Shown here in pieces: positions 21,474 to 32,137 of a stretch of 32,137 nt of DNA (its first letter is position 1; each line of letters starts with the position of its first letter). Under the pieces are notes generated by a model. That model was not told where the DNA came from. It did no database searches and saw only the letters and a list, made by a program, of their open reading frames with translations. The DNA lies in NCBI RefSeq assembly GCF_001194135.2, contig NC_068984.1, forward strand, positions 104,753,824 to 104,785,960, written 5' to 3'. This stretch comes from Octopus bimaculoides. Taxonomy: Eukaryota. The translations under genes and the position numbers were made by a program.

Positions 21474-21607
21474 AGGCTTCTTTCAGTTTCTCTCTAAAAA
21501 ATCCCTCTCAAGGGTTTGGTCAGCCTAGCTCTGTAGAAGACATTTGCACTTTGCCCAAGGTACCACATGGTGAAACTGAAACAAAAACCACATGGTTGCA
21601 AAGTGAG
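21123..21607 (-). mobile_element. Near full-length SINE family B: tRNA/CORE-like head, (TG)n, body, RTE-type tail
   Basis: 21471-21607 is the reverse complement of the family B head (GGCTTCTTTCAG...TTGCCCAAGG). 21123-21260 is the RTE-type tail (TTTTCCATGCTTGCACAGGTCAGA). (CA)n lies at 21382-21470. Confidence 0.7.
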
Positions 21608-21713
21608 TAAAGTGAGTATCTTAACCCTACAACAATACTGGTGCATATGAAGATAACAAACTATAATTCTAAAACTATCAATTTCCTATTTATTTTGTGT
21701 GAAGGTTTCACAG

Positions 21714-21754
21714 GACTCAGCAATTCCCAAATAACCAGTAAGGAAGCCAGATAT
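21714..21754 (+). other. Candidate 41-nt internal exon of an unidentified host gene
   Basis: TTTCACAG|GA...TAT|GTGAGT, open in phase 1 to 0 (GLSNSQITSKEARY). No homology recognised. Confidence 0.25.
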
Positions 21755-22713
21755 GTGAGTATGTAGTTCTGGATATGAGTTGTAGAAAAGAAAAAGCATA
21801 GAAATTGAGTACTGTCAGGGAAGTATCTCGTTTTACTGAAATATGGTTCCAATAAAAATTCTCACTAAAACTTAGATACTATTTATTTTAAATTATGAGA
21901 AAATCTCACTAGTTAGTTGACTGATCTTTAAAAATGCCAGTATAGTCACTACCAATAGAGAAAAACTGAGCAGGTGGCTGTTGCTAATAGTTTCCATAAT
22001 AGAAAGTCTCTACTACCACCTAATATCACTTGCATCATTTCAAAGTTGGTGGTAGTTTACCACCCACCCCACTTGAACTCATTCAGTTTTAATATGTAAG
22101 AAGAGTAACATAACTTTCTTGCAACTGGCATGGGGTAAATACACAGAGAGAGATGTCTTTTATTTACATCATATTTGTTTTTCTCTCAGTTTCTCACCAA
22201 TCCTTTGATAACAGCTGTTCTTCATTACATTCCAACAAGAAACTTCAATAATTTCTGCTTGTCATTCTTCCCTATTTCAACACAACTCACATGTTTCAGT
22301 TTAATGAAGATAAATTGATAGTCTTTTTTTTAAAAAACATTTTTCTTTTTATATTTCTATGAAGAGCAGAGCAAGGATCTGACTATGCATATATTTTTTT
22401 AAGAATTAAATAATAAAAATAGTAAATTTTTGAGTTTGTTTTCATTCAGTTTTCTTTATATTACATAAGAGATTAATAATTCAATTGTTGCTTTTACAAC
22501 ATAACCTGAAATCAATAAGATGAAATGGTTATTTGATTTCAAAGTCATGGATATAAATTGCATAAATCCATAACAAATAGTTAAATGAAAGATTTGATCT
22601 GGCTTATATTAATTTGGAAAATGATTCAGCCATTTGTATCATAGTAGGAAAAAAATCTATTGGCTAAAGAGAAGAGTAATATATGTACATACAAATATAC
22701 ATACATAGTTACA

Positions 22714-22720
<7 letters not shown>

Positions 22721-22774
<54 letters not shown>
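22721..22774. repeat. (TA)n microsatellite
   Basis: Read directly. Confidence 0.97.
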
Positions 22775-22776
<2 letters not shown>

Positions 22777-22844
22777 CATTCCATGCTTTTCGTATGCAAG
22801 CTGGCAGGGCTCGCTCTGAGCACTCTAATTTTTTCACAGTGAAC

Positions 22845-23235
22845 GTGTTTTAAATTTGGTTTTGTCGCTGTTAACAGGGTGGCCGGATCTATCTCAATAC
22901 CATAGCAACCACCCTCATACTATCTTGCCCTGTTTTGGGCAGCCTTCCTTCTCAAGCCAACCCTCCCAATCTCCTCCTCCACCTGTCCCCTCCACGTTTT
23001 CCTCGGTCTGCCTCATTTTCACAGTCCATTTACAGGAAATCTAAGCACCCTCCTCAGAACATGCTCCTCATCCCTCCTCAACACATGATGCCCATACCAC
23101 TGCACTACATTCACCCTTGCCAGCCGTTCCACCGACTCCTCCAACCCCAGCATCTCCATCAAGTCCTCAGTCCTCCTCTTATCAAACAACTTCACACCAC
23201 ACATTTCTCTCTCCATTGCTCTCTCGATCATTGTT
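22845..23235 (-). pseudogene. C-terminal fragment of a second, divergent RTE-like LINE
   Basis: ERAMEREMCGVKLFDKRRTEDLMEMLGL...QWYGH-VLRRDEEHVLRR...GRPRKTWRGQVEEE, matching the RTE WxGHVxR / RGRPRKTW motifs. Confidence 0.75.
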
Positions 23236-23487
23236 TAATATCTGTTTTTCTGTGTTATCATAGCTTTGGACAGAGAGTTATTTGATCAGAATTTTACAGC
23301 TGGATGCCTCTTCTGTTATCAACCCTTACTTGATTTTTAATTAAGTGCTTTCTGTATTCAACAGGTTTTAAAAATGACAGAATAATCAATCATAATATCA
23401 GCAAAGAATATCAACATCAGCAGCACAACACTCAAGCAGTGACAAAATGCAGATTATAAACATTGATACACATTTGCACATGTGTGG

Positions 23488-23520
<33 letters not shown>

Positions 23521-24184
23521 AATATAAATATGAATTTATATATATAAATCACTTTGTGACTTTATCACAAATACTTTTAATATTGCAACAATATTGCCAA
23601 TGTACATTTTTGTAAATAAGCATGCAGTTATATATTAAATATAACTAGACAGGAAGTTCCATCTCTGTACTAGTAAATATTAAATTAAATATCAGATGAA
23701 AATTGCTCCAGATCTTAAGGTTAATACTTTCATATTTACCATGCTAATTGGTACAGAAGAGGAAACTCTAAACACATGTTCACCATTTATAATGGCTTGG
23801 ATTGTTGTAACTTTTATTAAAAGGGGTGAGGCTGTGAAATTGAGCTGTACTCCATCATATTTAAACTGCCCACTTATCTACAGAGCATTTTTTGTGAACT
23901 ATCTTGATGAGATATTGAGCATTTTTGTGACAAAATCTTTTCTATATATCAAACAGCTGCATCGCTGTATTTGTTACAAGATGCCATTAGAATATTTGAT
24001 AACTTCTTCCCTAAACAGTTAAGCATCTTAAAAGGCTAGACATTAATATTTATTCTTGTGAGGTAATTCATGAACACTCCTCATTAATTTAATTTTTAGG
24101 TTAAGTTTGGTTAGTAACTTCACAAGTTTCATTTCCTACAAAATTTATGACAATCTAATTATTAACTGGTAATCATTTATTTAG

Positions 24185-24212
24185 AATTTCCTTTCTTCCA
24201 TGAATAAGTATG
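24185..24212 (+). other. Candidate 28-nt internal exon
   Basis: CATTTATTTAG|AAT...TATG|GTAAGT, phase 0 to 1 (NFLSSMNKY), phase-compatible with 21714-21754. Confidence 0.2.
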
Positions 24213-25159
24213 GTAAGTATACAAAAAATTAAAGTTCAAGATGTGGAGTATCATCTATTACAATACTCAAAATTCTAAGTGAAAATTTATGTGATTTCAG
24301 AGAGCATATTCCATTGAAGCTTAAACTTTGCATGCGCATTAAAGACTGAAAATGGAATGACTTTAGACTTTATAGAGAAGGGAAGTGAAGTGTGTGTGTG
24401 TGTATGTTTATACAAAATACAATCAAAATTTTTCATTCCCTAGATTTTGCATTTTGTTTTTGTTCTTTTAAGATGATTTAAAAACTATTTTCTTGAATAA
24501 AACAGAAATGTAAGTTGGTGATGGTTTATAAAATAGGAAATTAGCAAATGATTTTTCTCTTCAGAATTTCAGCATGTATCCAGTGTCGATATTATCTAGG
24601 TTTTCTGTTTGAGCAGTAACGCTTAGGATCATACTGATTTTCCAATTCAGTTCTTGAGACTAAAATTTATCTTCAGAACTGAAGCCATGTTAATAATGAT
24701 CGCTGCCACTGTCATCATTCTTGTGTTTATGACCATCATCATCATAATAATATTCATCATCATCAGCAGCAGCAGCAGTGTTATAACTATAACAACCACT
24801 ATCATTATTATTTCTTTCCCATAGCCTTGGGTTCCACATCACAACCAGTAATTTTAAAGCAAGATCTGATACTTTCTCCATGGGATATCCAGAAGTCTCC
24901 CAACAGTAGTTGACTGATGACATGTTAATATTGCAGGTGTCTATGCTTCATTCTTAACTGTGTGGTTCACTTCTCAACAGATGACAACTGCAATAAGCTT
25001 ACTTAATAGAAATTTTCTATCAAATTCAAAATATCTCTACAGCATAGTATCATTTTAAATGTTGCTTATTCACTGTGTAACATTGCTTTAGCTCTTGTTT
25101 ATTCAACTCACAGTACATTACAAACATAAAGTATGGATTTCTCATTAGTACATTTCTAA

Positions 25160-25385
25160 TTTATTTAGCCCCCTCATGATCCCCTGCTCCATGCATCAAG
25201 ATCCTGTATCAATGTTGTTGATACAGGATCTCGTTGATGAGGATCAGTCCTGATCTAGCAGACCTAGGATCAAAAGTATTCCATTCATGGCTATCCAATC
25301 TTTTTGTATATCAAGGACTATATTATTTAATGTGTCCTTTTTTCCTTTTCTAAGATGGTAAGGCAGGATTCAAAGCTTTCATTGT
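25160..25385. mobile_element. Unclassified SINE-like repeat family D with a hairpin insertion
   Basis: See 7900-8100 and 12345-12590. Confidence 0.4.
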
Positions 25386-25871
25386 CCTCTATGTCCACAG
25401 GAGAGTAGGTAAAAGTTTATGGATGGTAAACTTAATGTGTCATCCAGTTTAACATCATCAAATAACCCATCGTTGCCTTTAGCAGGGTCTGATCCATTGC
25501 AAGCAATCAAGCCAGGTCATTGCACTGAAGATAACTTCCTTACAACAGTCTTGCAGTCCTTAGAAAGATCAAGAATGCAGCTCTTTCTTGTCTAAGGCAC
25601 TAAAATATAAAAAAAAGTAGCAGCAAAAATAGTTTGGGATGTATTAATTGATACAACCTCAGGGTGTTGAGGACATCAATTTTCAAAAGAAATGGTAACT
25701 TATTATAAATCTCATCCTGAGAACTTTAAAAGGAGTTATAAAATCTCAGCTTAACCTCTACCCAAAGCTAGCAAGTCTTAACAAAACTGATGTTATAATT
25801 GTGATAATGTTACTGAATTACAATTTACTATTATTCCATTTTTTGGAGTATTATAGAAATATATATTAATA

Positions 25872-26476
25872 GGCGCAGGCATAGCTGTGTGGTAAGAAGC
25901 TTGTGGTAAGAAGAGAAGTTATCAGTCGGCAGGCGCTAGTGCCTCTCCCATTTTCATTCTTTCCTGTGTATTCATCTTCATTCATTAATGTCCGTGTCCA
26001 GCCTGCAGCTTCTTTATGTTTGTTTGTCTTTGTTTGTCCCCTCTATGTAATGCCGTATGGCGAATTTTATGAAATAAAGAAGCTTGCTTCCCAACCACAT
26101 GGTTCTGCATTCAGTCCCACTGTATGGAACTTTGGGCAGGTGTGTTCTACTATAGCCTTGGGCCGACCAAAGCCTTGTAAGTGGATTTGGTAGATGGAAA
26201 CTAAAAGAAGCCCATCAAATATGTATGTGTGTGTGTGTGTGTGTGTGTATGTGCGTGCATGTGTATATATTTATGTGTGTCTCTTTGTGTTGTGTTTGTC
26301 TCCCAACCATCACTTGGTGTGTTTACATCTCTGTAAATTAGCAGTTCAGCAAAAGAGACTGATATAATAAGTACTAGGCTTACTAAGAATAAGTCCTGAG
26401 GTTGATTTCTGCAACCAAAAACCCTTTTAGGCAGTGCTCCAGCATAGCTGCAGCCAAGTAACAGAATAACAGAAAA
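25872..26476 (+). mobile_element. Full-length SINE family B (octopus OR-like CORE SINE) with CR1-type tail and a nested insertion
   Basis: GGCGCAGGCATAGCTGTGTGGTAAGAAGCTTG|CTTCCCAACCACATGG...ACTTTGGGCAGGTGTGTTCTACTATAGCC, TG-rich spacer, tail GGCAGTGCTCCAGCATAGCTGCAG. Confidence 0.85.
25904..26076 (+). mobile_element. 173-bp insertion with 10-bp TSD (probable 5'-truncated LINE 3' end)
   Basis: TSD AAGAAGCTTG at 25894-25903 and 26077-26086. The insert ends in ...TTATGAAATA, and its AATAAA signal runs into the TSD. Confidence 0.8.
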
Positions 26477-27796
26477 GCCATTAAGGATTTAGCAACATCA
26501 AATTATAAACTATTTATAATATTATCACATTAGATATGTTTAATATAAAAGTCCTTGGTAAGCCATTGGCTGGAAAAACTAGTTTTTCAGTTTTTATAAA
26601 GATCATGTGAAGAATATAAAGATCACATGATTAATGACCTTCTACTATTTCATTATATTATCAATAGCAGATGTCATATTTTGATGAAAATCTACCTAAA
26701 GTTTGGCATTTGGAGACATTAACCTTTAACATTGGTATTAATTTTCCACTTTGATGACTTCCTTTTATCATTTTCCTTGTTTAGTTTGAAAATATTCATA
26801 TTTATTAGGAATTTTTGTGACATTGAGATAGATAATATTTCCAAGAAACATCTTTTGTTGTCGCTCCCAGCAAATTTTTGCTTGAATTGGTCACTCTTTT
26901 CTTCCGTTTATAACTGTTTCCCATGCACTGAGAAAGAAATGGTTTCTTGTAGTATCTAACCTTGATAGTTGTCATGTTATCTTAGTTATCATGTGGCACT
27001 TGAAAATGGTTGAAATAAGGCTGATAATTCTTTGATTTGTTTTGTGTTTTTTTTTTTTTTGCTTTTTTTTATTTACAAGTCCTTCAAAAAACAGAAACAT
27101 GGGAAGTAGAGAAGGTTTCTGTGATATAAGGCATATCATTAATTAAGATATTTCACTTCGCCAGAAAAGATAAAGTGCATGAAGGATCTATGGTTCAGAG
27201 CAGAAATGTGCCAGCCTACCAACATTTACTGAGGTGTAAATAAATGCCATGTAAAAGTTTCACTTAAGAATGTTAACACTAAAATTAATGCAAGTTTTGT
27301 AAGCTTGTACTCAGTTCAAGTAGTTCCTTGGGAGTATCCTGGAAAAGATAACTTCTGAAAGGCTTACTTGTACTAGGTATACCATATAAAGATGAAAAGT
27401 CCAATGATTCAATGAGTTACTGGAGTTTATTATTTGGAAAATAGCCTTGGTTAAAGATCTATTGCTCAACATTATAATAATCTGAGTAATAGTTAGTAAT
27501 AAAAAACAATATTTTAGTGCAGCCCAAAAAGTGGCTTTAATCAATATGTAGGGAGAGAGTTGACAGAAACTCAGTACAATATGATTTGCATAAGCAACGA
27601 GTACATAAGAGATGAACTAAGGCCTCTCATAGATTTACTAAGATTCACGACATCAATAATAGTAGTAGGGACAGCCATAACATGAAGTGCATGAAGTGTT
27701 CAGATAATATTCTAGGAACAATAGATAATTTCTTTTATCAAGATGAAACAGTACTAAAAGTGGTTGTAGAGAAAGTATAATAGTTATATTGTCACT

Positions 27797-27930
27797 GAGA
27801 AGGTGAGTGGCCTAATGGTTAGTGTATTCAGTTTGGGCTGCTTTACATGTATCCTTGAGCAAGGTACTTCATTTCATGTTACTGCAGTCTGCTCAGCTGC
27901 ACTCTGTCTTTCCGATTGTAACATCCTAGA
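27797..27930 (+). mobile_element. Degraded SINE-like head
   Basis: TGGCCTAATGGTTAG (A-box-like) and TCCTTGAGCAAGGTACTT (CORE-like). Confidence 0.4.
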
Positions 27931-28074
27931 TGTTAGAGTGGGTCAAAGGTATAGATCAAAAGGGTATCTATGTTTATTTGTGACTACATAAGCATTTGAA
28001 GCAATTAGCAAAAGCAAAATACATCTTATCAAGCCATTCTCACAAGTGATGGCTGGCTGTACTGTACTATACTA

Positions 28075-28412
28075 TACTTTCATTATGAAGGGATGGAAGG
28101 AGTGGTTATAGATGTGCTTATAACAAAAGTGTGATAGTTATTTTCACTGTAAAGGGGTGGAATAGGATGGTTATAGATGTGGTTAAAATGAAAATGTAGT
28201 AGTTATACCTTCACTACAAATGGACTGTAGGGGTGAAAAGGATGGCTTTACTGTGGTTGTATTGAAAGTTAATCTTTATATTTTCACAATAAAAGGTGAG
28301 AAGAGGTGGTTATATATGAGGTTGCAATGAAAATATAATGGTTTGTCAAAGGTGTGGTGACAGATTTGGATGTAATGAAAATATAATAGTCACTATAAAG
28401 GGGTGGAAGCAG
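28075..28412. repeat. Degenerate ~65-bp minisatellite, about 5 copies
   Basis: Unit TTTCACTATAAAGGGGTGGA..GGATGGTTATAGATGTGGTT..AATGAAAAT recurs at ~28077, 28141, 28208, 28281 and 28390. Confidence 0.75.
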
Positions 28413-29370
28413 CTTGAAGAGCTGTTACATCTGTTAGTAACAAACATTTTTCTTTCTCAATACAGTTAGACTGCATAAAGCATGAGTGTGTAAAAGCTTT
28501 AATGCTACAGAGTGATGAGTTATTGGTAGTAGCTGGAGATAAACAAGTTAATTAGGATGTATTGGATATTAACTTGCCTTCAAGGACTCTCTTTAAAACA
28601 AATTAATAAGCCAAGTGGAGATTAAAGGCGTTCATGAATATAAATTGTGCAGGTATGGACCTGTAATATAAATGCAAGCTGAGCCGTGATGAAAAATTGG
28701 TCAAGAGTAAAAATTGCTTCTTGCAGGGGAAGAGAAAGAAAAACTTAAGAAGTGATCCAGTTGGATTTGCAGGCAATGAGATACAAGAGCAATAGAAGAG
28801 AAAGTGTGTTGCATTCAAACTAAAATTTGGCATTAAAAGATGATGGTAATAATGAAGATGAAGATTTAAAACCTCTGTTATTTATACTAAAGAACATATA
28901 AATTACTTTCACTTTTAAAAGGTTTATGAAGAAGGGCTTATCTATAAATGGGGAATGCAATAATGGAACTGTCCAACCAAGTTTTATACAGGTAGAGTAT
29001 TTAAAGGTATGAAGATATTCTACAGATACACTATCACTCTCTCTGTCTCTCTCTCTGAGTATCTGTGCATTGTTTTTTTTATTCTTTCTCTCTCTCTCTC
29101 TGTCTCCCCCTTCTCTCTGCTCTGTCTTTTTGACAGCTGCTATGCTACAGACAGGTTGCATTGACTATATTGTGCACTAATATATGATATATATTACATT
29201 AAAGCATTATTTAACATTAAAAACAATAAAAGTTACTTCTGGGGAACCTTAATGAACGTCTAATGATAACAGTCATACCTTCATTAGTACTGTTAAGTTA
29301 AAGATTTATTGTGTGTATGTGAATATATATATATATATATATATAAACTATTATTTATATATATATATAT

Positions 29371-30030
29371 CAGCTGTTGACAAGATGAACTTAAACTCAG
29401 CAATTGCCTCAGAGAGATTTCCAACTGTTCTTTTAAAGACATGCAAGAAAGCTTTTACAATACCACTACAAATACTTTTTCAGAATTTCTTTGCAGGTGG
29501 CAAACTTCACAAAATGTTAATATGCCCTGTCCATAAAAGGTAGCAGAAGATCCTAAAAATTTAGGCTCATCTCTTTGACCTCACATATTAACAAAGTCAT
29601 GGAATGCATTGTCAGAAGGAGGGTGATCACACTCCTTGAAGAAAATAACTTGCTTACAAACACATATTATAGCTTCCATCAAGGAAAGAGCTGCTTAAAC
29701 AACTACTACAGCATTTTTACTGGGTATTGAAGCTCAACCATTTAAATGCAGATGTTATATTTCAACTCCACCAAGGACATCAACAAAGTTGATCATTGAA
29801 TGATATGTCACAAACTTCATGATCTTGGTATCACTGGAAAACTATGGGAACAGAAGATGAACAGTTGCAGCTAATGGTGCTCTCTCAGAGGAGACATTAA
29901 TTCACAGCAGTATTCCTTGGGGAGCTATACTAGGACCTCTACAGTATGTGGTGGCTCTCTTAGAGACATTTCCTCAGTCATACAGTCAGCCACTCTTACA
30001 AGCTATGCTAATGATACAAAAGCATCGCAG
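29371..30030 (+). pseudogene. CR1-like LINE ORF2, RT region (5' part)
   Basis: ..RLISLTSHINKVMECIV...FHQGKSCL...KVDH...IPWGAILGPL...YANDTK are degenerate NYRPISLTS, GFRxGRSC, FDKVDH, VPQGxxLGP and YADDTK motifs. Confidence 0.8.
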
Positions 30031-31652
30031 CTAAGAATTCAGAGTGCAAGTAGGGGTTCACCAAGGATTGGTCCTCAGCTCCCTCCTGTTCATCATAGTC
30101 CTCCAGGCAATAATAGAAAAATTTAAGATAGGCTGCCCCTGAGAGCTCCTCTATGCTGATGACCTTGTTCTTATAGCTGAATCACTACCAGAACTAGAGA
30201 ACAAGTTTCAAGTATGGAAACAAGGTCTAGAATTGAAGGGTCTTGGAGTTAACCTAGCAAAAACCAAAGTCTTAGTAAGTAAGAAGGTAGACAAATCACA
30301 AACCCCTTCAGGTAGGTGGCCCTGCTTGATCTGTAGAAAAGGCGTAGGTAGAAACTCCATAATATGTACCTGGTATAAGGTTTGGGCACATAACAGGTGC
30401 AGCAATATCAGAGGAAGATTAACAGGGAAAATAGCTTTTGTGTGTGGAAGATGCACAGGTACAATAAACACCAAAAATGTACAGAAAATGGACTCTATCC
30501 ACTGCCAGTGGGGTAAGCTAGAGGTACTAGATAGCTTCTGTTATCTAGGTAACCAAATTAGTGGTGGAGGTGGATGCTCATGAGCATAGCTGTGCGAATA
30601 AGATTAGGCTGGGCAAAGTTCAGAGAGATCCTACCTCTGCTGGCAACAAAGGGCCTCTCTCTCAGAGGGAAAGGCAGATTGTATGATGCCTGTGTGCATA
30701 CAGCTCTGCTTCATGGCAGTGAAACATGGGCTGTGACACCTGAGGACATGTGCAGGCTTGAAAGAAATGAAGCCAGCATGCTTCACTGGATGTGCAATGT
30801 CAGTGTACATGTTTGACTGAGTGTAAGCATCTTGAGAGAAAAGTTTGGCATAAGAGGCATCAGATGTGGTTTCCAAGAGAGACGACTACACTGGTATGGT
30901 CATATGATACATAGGGACGAGGACAGCTGTGTAAAGAAGTGCCGATCTCTAACTGTAGAGGGAGCCTGTGGTAGAGGTAGACCCAGGAAGACATGGGATG
31001 AGGTGGTGAAGCATGATCTTTGAACTTTGGGCCTCACAAAGACAATGACTTGTGACTGAGACCTTTGGTGATATGCTGTGCTTGAGAAGACCCATCAAGC
31101 CAAGTGAAATCATAGTCATGGCTGATGCCAGTGTCATGTAACTGGCACTTGTGCCAGTAGCATGTAGAAAGCACCTTTCATGCATTGCAGGCTTCATGGA
31201 AGAAATGACCAAGACATCCATGCTGGTGGTACGTAAAAGCACCTATTGAGTGTTGGGCCTCACAGAGGCAAAATGGCTGAACTCCTTTCGAGCATGGGCC
31301 TTATGGAGGCAACGTGACTAAACTCTTTTCAAGTGTTGGACCTCATGGAGGCAATGACTGAGACCTTTAGCATTATGATGTGCTTGAGAAGAAGATCCAT
31401 CAAACCAAGCAAAATTGCAGTCGTGGCAGATACCAAAGTCATGCAAATGGTACCCATACCATTGTCATGTAAGAGCACCTACTACACTCTTGGAGTGGTT
31501 GGCATTAGGAAGGCTGCCCAGCCATAGAAGCCATACCAATTCAGACTGGAGTCTGATGCAGCCTTCCAGCTTACCAGCCCCAGTCAAACTGTCCAACCCA
31601 TGCCAGCATGGACAACAGACGTTAAATGATGATGATGATGATGATGATGATG
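30031..31652 (+). mobile_element. 5'-truncated RTE-clade LINE (ORF remnant 30035-31107, 3' UTR, (GAT)n tail)
   Basis: EFRVQVGVHQGLVLSSLLF...LLYADDLVL (YADD 30152-30163)...FCYLG...LHWYGHM...RGRPRKTW...EKTHQAK*, with several stops and frameshifts. Confidence 0.9.
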
Positions 31653-32057
31653 GAAGATCATGGAAGGTCTAGCTCCCAACTTTGGGATTGAAAACTATAC
31701 CAGCTACTGAACTGGGTGCCACACCATTGTAGCAAAGATTCTATCCTCTCCATTTTGAGTATGAAACCAGTACTGTAAAAGTTTAGGTTTCAAGGGCTGA
31801 CAACTTTTCAGCACTTTGCTAAAAAACTTCTGAGAATTGTGAGGTGTAGTTGTAGACATTTTTCAGAAAACATTTGAACAAATTTTTATCCAAGATACCA
31901 GATGAACCCACTTCACAGCAGGAAACACAAAGAGCAGCTGTGTCCAACTTCACCGGAAACAATTTTGAAAAGTTTGGAGGTTAATGTGAAACAAAAAACA
32001 GTCACACTAAAGGTGGTGCCCCAGCATAGCCTCAACCTCCAGCTGAAACTAGTAAAT
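31651..32057 (+). pseudogene. CR1-like LINE ORF2 C-terminus and 3' UTR (continuation of 29371-30030)
   Basis: WKIMEGLAPNFGI...SLGFKG*QLFS...KHLNKFLSKIPDEP...RAAVSN matches CR1-type C-termini (WKI.EG..PN, LFN.LP, IPDEP). Confidence 0.75.
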
Positions 32058-32064
32058 GCAACAA

Positions 32065-32098
32065 TCACACACACACACACACATTATATATATATATA

Positions 32099-32137
<39 letters not shown>
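32065..32137. repeat. (CA)n(TA)n microsatellite
   Basis: Read directly. Confidence 0.95.

Noticed and set aside
27518-27685. 56-codon open frame after a TTTTAG acceptor (CSPKSGFNQYVG...LRFT)
   Set aside because: No strong donor and no recognisable homology.
1-32137. CRISPR arrays, rRNA or bona fide tRNA genes
   Set aside because: No regular repeat-spacer array and no rRNA similarity. The tRNA-like segments are SINE heads without a complete cloverleaf or terminator.

Overview
AT-rich, repeat-dominated eukaryotic DNA. The mix of tRNA-derived SINEs, RTE LINEs with (GAT)n tails and TA/CA/AAT microsatellites resembles an octopus (coleoid cephalopod) genome; this is inferred from remembered repeat families, not from a search. 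No intact host gene is recognisable, only weak candidate microexons. The window holds remnants of three R4/Dong-like (RLE) LINEs, two different Penelope-like elements (PLEs), several RTE LINEs, a CR1-like LINE split by an RTE, two Tc1/mariner-superfamily transposase relics, at least five SINE or SINE-like families and five assembly gaps. Most notable: (i) a tRNA-headed SINE with a Penelope-type minimal hammerhead ribozyme in its 3' half, split by a TSD-flanked RTE insertion; (ii) a near-intact U3-A8 variant hammerhead in a PLE terminal region; (iii) a Naiad-like PLE that retains only thumb, linker and GIY-YIG coding sequence; (iv) an (AAT)n-centred retroelement nest in the first 5 kb; (v) SINEs with one head and two different LINE-type tails, with both candidate partner LINEs present. 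All family assignments come from manual motif reading and need alignment to confirm.
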